Shown here piece by piece: positions 59,242 to 64,000 of a stretch of DNA of 64,000 nt (position 1 is its first letter; each line of letters opens with the position of its first letter). The notes beneath the pieces are model-generated. The model saw only the letters and a list, made by a program, of their open reading frames with translations, did not search any database and was not told the origin of the DNA. Location: positions 15,562 through 79,561 of the forward strand of contig JBIJCF010000002.1 in NCBI GenBank assembly GCA_044344795.1, given 5' to 3'. Made by a program: the position numbers and the translations under genes. This DNA is from Bacteroidia bacterium. GTDB taxonomy: Bacteria > Bacteroidota > Bacteroidia > Palsa-965.

Positions 59242-59983
59242 TTTTATCTACAGTTTTTAAATCTTGTTTGAAGTTATTTATTTTAATATCGGAGTGTAAT
59301 TTACTCATGGCCATCACAAATTTGCTCATGCCAAAAGGTTTAATACGCCGGTTCTGCAATGCTTTGCGAAACGGTGTTTGATTGCGACTATCGAGTTTGG
59401 CTTCAATGATTACCAGTCCGCAGAACTCATGTGCATCCTTCCCATCACGCACCACGAGATTAGTGTCAATGGTAAGACGTTCTTTGCCTGATTTATTCAC
59501 GAGCGTAATTCGGTCGTATTCAATGACCAGTGCGGGAGATAATTCATTCGGATGTAAGTGCGTTTCTTTTTCCAGAAAAGTGGTGGTGGCATCATTAAAA
59601 ATATCGTCACCGGATTTTATTTTAATTCGCTGTTTCAAAGTTCGTCCCTTGTTGCTCTTCTTCTTTATTTCAAAAAATGCAAGATTGGAGTCGACATATT
59701 TTCGAATACGAATTTTGAATCGTGGTACTTTGCCCTGATGATGTTGCTTGTACATCAAATGTTCGGGAGTGTCGAGGTAAGTGGTTTCGTAATGCGCAAC
59801 ACGATTGCCGTTGATGTCCAGAACTTGATAATCAGATAATACTTCTTCAAGAATGGGCAACAATTGATCTTCATGGATATTGTACTTCACGTCAATGCGA
59901 TCCAGCAGTTTTACGTTATCCATTTCAGATAAACTTACCGGTTCGAATTTTGCCAACACTTTTTGAAGAGCCGCTTTATCCAT
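59225..59983 (-). CDS. VTC-domain (CYTH-like triphosphate-tunnel, polyphosphate-polymerase-domain) protein
   Basis: MDKAALQKVLAKFEPVSL...RIDVKYNIHEDQLL...TTYLDTPEHLMYKQHHQGKVPRFKIRIRKY, the pattern of bacterial VTC-domain proteins. 252 aa. Confidence 0.55.
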   Translation of the reverse strand: MDKAALQKVLAKFEPVSLSEMDNVKLLDRIDVKYNIHEDQLLPILEEVLSDYQVLDINGNRVAHYETTYLDTPEHLMYKQHHQGKVPRFKIRIRKYVDSNLAFFEIKKKSNKGRTLKQRIKIKSGDDIFNDATTTFLEKETHLHPNELSPALVIEYDRITLVNKSGKERLTIDTNLVVRDGKDAHEFCGLVIIEAKLDSRNQTPFRKALQNRRIKPFGMSKFVMAMSKLHSDIKINNFKQDLKTVDKIAHAS

Positions 59984-59985
59984 AA

Positions 59986-60567
59986 TTAGGAGTAGGTGTA
60001 TTTAATCACTTTAAGCAACGTGTCGTTTGAACCGTAAATTTTCTTTTCGGTTTTTAATCCTTTGGCATTATACGTGTAAACCTCTTTGCGAATAATTTTG
60101 CCGGAAGCATCCATGGTTAGTTCCATCAACTTTTCGCCTTTACCATTATAGGTAAAGGTAGTACGTTGAATAATGTTCCCGGCTTGATCGTATTGGGTTT
60201 CTTCAGTTTTGTCACCGTTGCTATTGTGTTTCCAGGTGGTGCGGGAATATTTCGGGTCTTCGGAATTCTCCTTCGGCGATTTATTGTTTTCTACAATTTC
60301 TTCTGATTTTTCTTTTCCCGCGTATTTGGTGCGTACACGTTTACGAGTAGATCCGTCTTTGTTGTAATCTACTTCTTCGACGACATTACCATCTTTATCA
60401 AATGCCTTGTAAGACGATTTATAAGTTGCGGTTTCCTTGCCGTTTTCAAACAGGGTGGTGGTTTCAGTAGTAGATTTGATTTTATATTCTTTCGCTTGTT
60501 TACGCGACTGCGCCTCGACTTTCGTCGAGAACAACAGGATTATAATGAACAACAACGTTTGCTTCAT
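59986..60567 (-). CDS. Hypothetical secreted protein with short internal repeats
   Basis: Signal peptide MKQTLLFIIILLFSTKVEAQ and repeated ...YNKDG.../...YNGKGEK... units. 193 aa. Confidence 0.4.
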   Translation of the reverse strand: MKQTLLFIIILLFSTKVEAQSRKQAKEYKIKSTTETTTLFENGKETATYKSSYKAFDKDGNVVEEVDYNKDGSTRKRVRTKYAGKEKSEEIVENNKSPKENSEDPKYSRTTWKHNSNGDKTEETQYDQAGNIIQRTTFTYNGKGEKLMELTMDASGKIIRKEVYTYNAKGLKTEKKIYGSNDTLLKVIKYTYS

Positions 60568-60572
60568 GCCGC

Positions 60573-60989
60573 TTATTTCTTAATTTCAATAACTGGTGCT
60601 TCCGCTTCTTGTTTCTTGGAGCTGATTTCAACGGTAACGGAAACTGCTTCTCGTTCTGCAGGTGTACAAACGGTGGAATACGCATAAATCGTGTACTTGC
60701 CGGGACGCAGGTAACGAAACCAATACGTGCCGTCCGGACCTGTGCGAATGCGATCGCCGTAGGAAGGATCGTCACCATAAACGATATACACTTCTTCATC
60801 CGGTGCCCAAAATTCACCGGATAATGTATTACAATTGTTTACGTATCGTTTCGCGTAAATTTTGCCTGTAATACTGGCGCTTCCTCCTTCTCCGGGGCCG
60901 CTGCTGCAGGAAATAGCAATGAGTAAAACAAAGGCGACTAGTGTTGCAAATTTTCGTTTCATGGTGAAGCGCGATGGTGTAGTAATCAT
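60573..60989 (-). CDS. Hypothetical lipoprotein with a carboxypeptidase-regulatory-like beta-sandwich
   Basis: Lipobox ...LLIAISCSSG, then ITGKIYAK...GKYTIYAYS. The start is probably MKRKFATL. Confidence 0.4.
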   Translation of the reverse strand: MITTPSRFTMKRKFATLVAFVLLIAISCSSGPGEGGSASITGKIYAKRYVNNCNTLSGEFWAPDEEVYIVYGDDPSYGDRIRTGPDGTYWFRYLRPGKYTIYAYSTVCTPAEREAVSVTVEISSKKQEAEAPVIEIKK

Positions 60990-61037
60990 AAATGTGATTA
61001 TAAGGGCGGAAAGATAATTGTTGCTGGATGAATGTTG

Positions 61038-62573
61038 CTAATGTGTTACGATAATTTTAAGTGCTTGCCGCTGAGAGGTAGTTATGAACTCGACGAAGTA
61101 TATACCATTAGGCCAAGTGCTGCACGACACTGAAGTAACTCCGCGAACATTTTCTTGTGAAGCGACCCATTGTCCTTGTATATTAAATACACGGTAACTG
61201 TATCGTTCAGTACCTGCCGGAGTGATGTTGAAATAATCGTTCGCAGGATTTGGGGCTTGGTTAAACGTCGTGATGTTTGATGAATTATCCGGAACAGACA
61301 ACCAGCAGCCAAAGGCGCTTAATTGATTCATTAACGCATTTCGACGTGCAGTGATAAACGATTTTAGTCCCGGCATTGTTATTCCTCCGTTGGGGCCGGG
61401 CAATGTGATAGCCATTGTGATGTTGTCTTCGAAGTTTTGGTTCGTATAAAACTTGTGTGTATCAGCATACACATAAGGTCGAATAACATTTGCAATACTA
61501 TCAATCATAGGATCCATGAAATCATTAGAGAAATCATTGCTCAGCATTACGCATAAAGCATTGATATAATCCTGATGATGCACGCTGTTGTTAAACATGT
61601 TATTCAATAAGGGTCTATTAGCCGGTTGATTGAGGTAGTTGTAGGGAATGGTTTGGATGGTGTTTGCATTCATGTTCATTTGAAAGTTTCCGAATGCTTC
61701 ATTCACATCCCAAACAATCCATCGGAAAATGTCGGCATCTTCATCGTGATAGATGTAATAATTATGACCACTGCCGGTGTACGAATCGAGGTTGGAGAAT
61801 ATGTTAGAGAATGCAGCTGCTTTAAGAACGCTCCAGGTATCAAATACTGTCGGTAAAGAATCCTGAAAATTGGCGGATGGTGTGTTGTTAATGACATCAA
61901 TTGTATGCACCAAGTCACTCCAGTCATTGGTTTGCGTACGGTCTAATTCATATTTGTTATAATATAATGAAGGAGATGAGCCAAGCCATCTTAAATCTCC
62001 CGAAGGATCACCTTTGAATAGATTGCCATCGTTATTGTTGAAACGTTGTGTAAGAAATTTTGCGTTCACTTCTTCCACTAAAGTGTACAATCCCCAATAT
62101 GAACTATTGATGTACACACGTGCATACGTGCATCGTGGTGCCAATATTCCCTGACGTCTGCAAAAATCCAGCGCTAATTTTTCACGCATGAACGTAGGAT
62201 CCTTGAAGCAGTTGTTCAGATTGATTTTCTTGATGCCATCATAGCTTAAAGTGGAATCAAATTCGTTGAAATCAATTTTAAACGATTTCTTGTCGGACGG
62301 ATTGTTGTAGGAAGAATTGCCTTTGAACTTTGCTCCTACATCGTCCATTACACGACCATTCAGTACCAACTGACATACCGTGTAGTAATCATTGGTATAG
62401 CCATCCTCCAAAGTATCCCAGTAAGAAGGTTGAGTAAAGTTCAGATGAATTTCGTGTACGGTTGATACGTTCCATAAACTGTCTCCATCCTGATGAGTTT
62501 GAGCGGTGATGTTGCTTCCGAAGAGAACCAACAAAGCGAGGGAAAAATGTTTCATAATGTCGAGACGTTGCAA
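61038..62573 (-). CDS. CotH-family (atypical kinase fold) protein with a T9SS C-terminal sorting domain
   Basis: CotH-like core (FKIDFNEFD...INLNNCFKDPTFMREKLALDFCRRQGILAPR...). C-terminus ...SYRVFNIQGQWVASQ...GIYFVEFITTSQRQALKIIVTH. Signal peptide present. Confidence 0.55.
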   Translation of the reverse strand: MQRLDIMKHFSLALLVLFGSNITAQTHQDGDSLWNVSTVHEIHLNFTQPSYWDTLEDGYTNDYYTVCQLVLNGRVMDDVGAKFKGNSSYNNPSDKKSFKIDFNEFDSTLSYDGIKKINLNNCFKDPTFMREKLALDFCRRQGILAPRCTYARVYINSSYWGLYTLVEEVNAKFLTQRFNNNDGNLFKGDPSGDLRWLGSSPSLYYNKYELDRTQTNDWSDLVHTIDVINNTPSANFQDSLPTVFDTWSVLKAAAFSNIFSNLDSYTGSGHNYYIYHDEDADIFRWIVWDVNEAFGNFQMNMNANTIQTIPYNYLNQPANRPLLNNMFNNSVHHQDYINALCVMLSNDFSNDFMDPMIDSIANVIRPYVYADTHKFYTNQNFEDNITMAITLPGPNGGITMPGLKSFITARRNALMNQLSAFGCWLSVPDNSSNITTFNQAPNPANDYFNITPAGTERYSYRVFNIQGQWVASQENVRGVTSVSCSTWPNGIYFVEFITTSQRQALKIIVTH

Positions 62574-62710
62574 TCCTCACGAAAGTTTAATTCATGGTTT
62601 CGAAAAGATTAATGGAAAGTTAACAGAATTCGGGAAGCCGTGAAATGATTTCAAAGGACAAAAGACCTTTGAGCGAATAAATTGTAAACAAATGAGCTAC
62701 CTTTAACGTA

Positions 62711-63202
62711 ATGGGAAAGCAATTTGAAATTATTACGAAAGTTTTGGAATACGACAGCGACGTTGAATTAGAGTCCGTTGATCGCAACTTATTGAAACAA
62801 GCACGGAATGCTACTTCAAATGCTTATGCGCCGTATTCGAATTTCCGCGTGGGTGCTGCAGTGTTGCTGAGCAATGGCGTGGTAGTTGGTGGCAATAATC
62901 AGGAGAATGTGGCGTATCCGTCGGGTTTATGTGCTGAACGTGTGGCCATTTATTCTGCGGGCGCAGTATACCCGGAAGCTTCAGTTGTAGCAGTTGCGGT
63001 TAGTAGCAGGTCGGATAAATTTGAAGTGAATAAACCGATGTCGCCGTGCGGTGCTTGTCGCCAGGCTATGGCGGAATACGAGCAACGATCAGGACAACCA
63101 ATTCGTATAATTTTAGGAGCGCACACAGGGCCTGTACAAGTGATAGAAAGTGTGAAATCGTTGCTGCCGTTAATATTTGAAGCCCCCGAACTCAAAGAAT
63201 AG
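62711..63202 (+). CDS. cdd: Cytidine deaminase
   Basis: Zinc-binding CAER...PCGACRQ. 163 aa. Confidence 0.85.
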   Translation: MGKQFEIITKVLEYDSDVELESVDRNLLKQARNATSNAYAPYSNFRVGAAVLLSNGVVVGGNNQENVAYPSGLCAERVAIYSAGAVYPEASVVAVAVSSRSDKFEVNKPMSPCGACRQAMAEYEQRSGQPIRIILGAHTGPVQVIESVKSLLPLIFEAPELKE

Positions 63203-63303
63203 TATTGAACTTGCTGGAATACAGGGATTTGTAATACTGCATTGAACTTGCTCCCCGATTAAAAACTATTAACTTTGTCCACTTATCATTTTACCTAAAA
63301 GGT

Positions 63304-64000
63304 ATGGCGACTAAAACACAAAAGACAGCTTCAAAATCGAAGACCGCATTTAGCAAAGAACAGTATCTGTATTGGTACGAGTTGATGCTGAAAATGCGTC
63401 GTGTAGAAGAGAAATGCGGGGAGTTATATATCCAGCAAAAAATTCGTGGCTTCTGTCACTTGTACATCGGGCAGGAAGCTCTTGTTGCAGGTGCGGAATC
63501 GGCAACAACAAAGGAGGATCGTGTCATCACTGCTTATCGTGATCACGCACATCCAATCGGGCGTGGTATGCATCCGAAATACATGATTGCCGAATTGATG
63601 GCGAAGTCAACCGGATGCTCCAAAGGCAAAGGCGGTTCCATGCACATCTTTTCAAAAGAATTTAATTTCTTCGGAGGTCATGGTATTGTTGGCGGACAAA
63701 TTCCGTTGGGCGCAGGTATTGCGTTTGCAGATCAATACAACGGCAATCAGCGTGTAACCTTGTGTTACATGGGTGATGGCGCTGTGCGTCAGGGCGCGTT
63801 ACACGAAACCTTTAACATGGCGATGTTGTGGAAGTTGCCGGTAATTTTCATTATCGAGAACAACAACTATGCGATGGGAACATCTGTAGAGCGTACGTCG
63901 AATGTGCATGATTTATACAAGATTGGTGCAGGTTACGATATGCCATCATATCAGGTAGACGGCATGAGTTGCGAAACGGTTCATGAAGCCATTGCAGCAG
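63304..64000 (+). CDS. pdhA: Pyruvate dehydrogenase E1 component alpha subunit (3' end beyond the window)
   Basis: My own translation: MATKTQKTASKSK...IRGFCHLYIGQEA...TGCSKGKGGSMH...YMGDGAVRQGALHE is the TPP-binding E1-alpha signature. Confidence 0.8.
   Translation, partial: MATKTQKTASKSKTAFSKEQYLYWYELMLKMRRVEEKCGELYIQQKIRGFCHLYIGQEALVAGAESATTKEDRVITAYRDHAHPIGRGMHPKYMIAELMAKSTGCSKGKGGSMHIFSKEFNFFGGHGIVGGQIPLGAGIAFADQYNGNQRVTLCYMGDGAVRQGALHETFNMAMLWKLPVIFIIENNNYAMGTSVERTSNVHDLYKIGAGYDMPSYQVDGMSCETVHEAIAA

Noticed and set aside
1-64000. CRISPR arrays, rRNA genes, additional tRNAs
   Set aside because: I found no regularly spaced short direct repeats and no rRNA-like conserved stretches. The only other tRNA-like T-loop motif (GTTCGAATCC) is the partial tRNA-Val copy at 37553..37637.

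Overview
This 64-kb window is a dense chromosomal segment of a Bacteroidota genome. Three things point to Bacteroidota: several type IX secretion system (T9SS) C-terminal-domain cargo proteins, the conserved gldJ / porP-sprF / porU / porV block, and a sigma-A promoter of the TTG...TAnnTTTG type upstream of the tRNA. There are about 55 protein-coding genes, one tRNA-Val(TAC) and a translation/ribosomal cluster (frr, pyrH, tsf, rpsB, rpsI, rplM). Central-metabolism genes present are kbl, purT, gpmI, folC, gdh, anmK, murF, ispF, cdd and pdhA. Two TonB/ExbBD energy-transducing gene sets are also present. Mobile content is small: one remnant of an IS256-family transposase. I found no CRISPR arrays, no rRNA and no integrase-bearing islands.

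The items worth a second look are:
1. An uncharacterised three-gene operon spanning the envelope: VTC-domain protein, DUF4956-like inner-membrane protein, DUF2490-like outer-membrane barrel.
2. A small GIY-YIG nuclease gene sitting between tRNA-Val and a degenerate direct repeat of the tRNA 3' half plus its terminator. This looks like an attL/attR footprint around a roughly 400-bp cassette.
3. A five-gene plus-strand operon: MMPL/RND-like exporter, RfbA, NDP-sugar epimerase/dehydratase, polyprenyl synthase, outer-membrane barrel. It suggests synthesis and export of a glycosylated isoprenoid lipid.
4. A 1130-aa T9SS cargo protein translationally coupled to an unusual 570-aa outer-membrane barrel.
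5. A 1114-aa T9SS adhesin-like protein made of near-identical tandem repeats of about 75 aa.
6. An overlapping pair of a secreted EEP nuclease and an Upf1-like helicase.

All calls come from reading and translating the sequence, plus family knowledge. No database searches were run.
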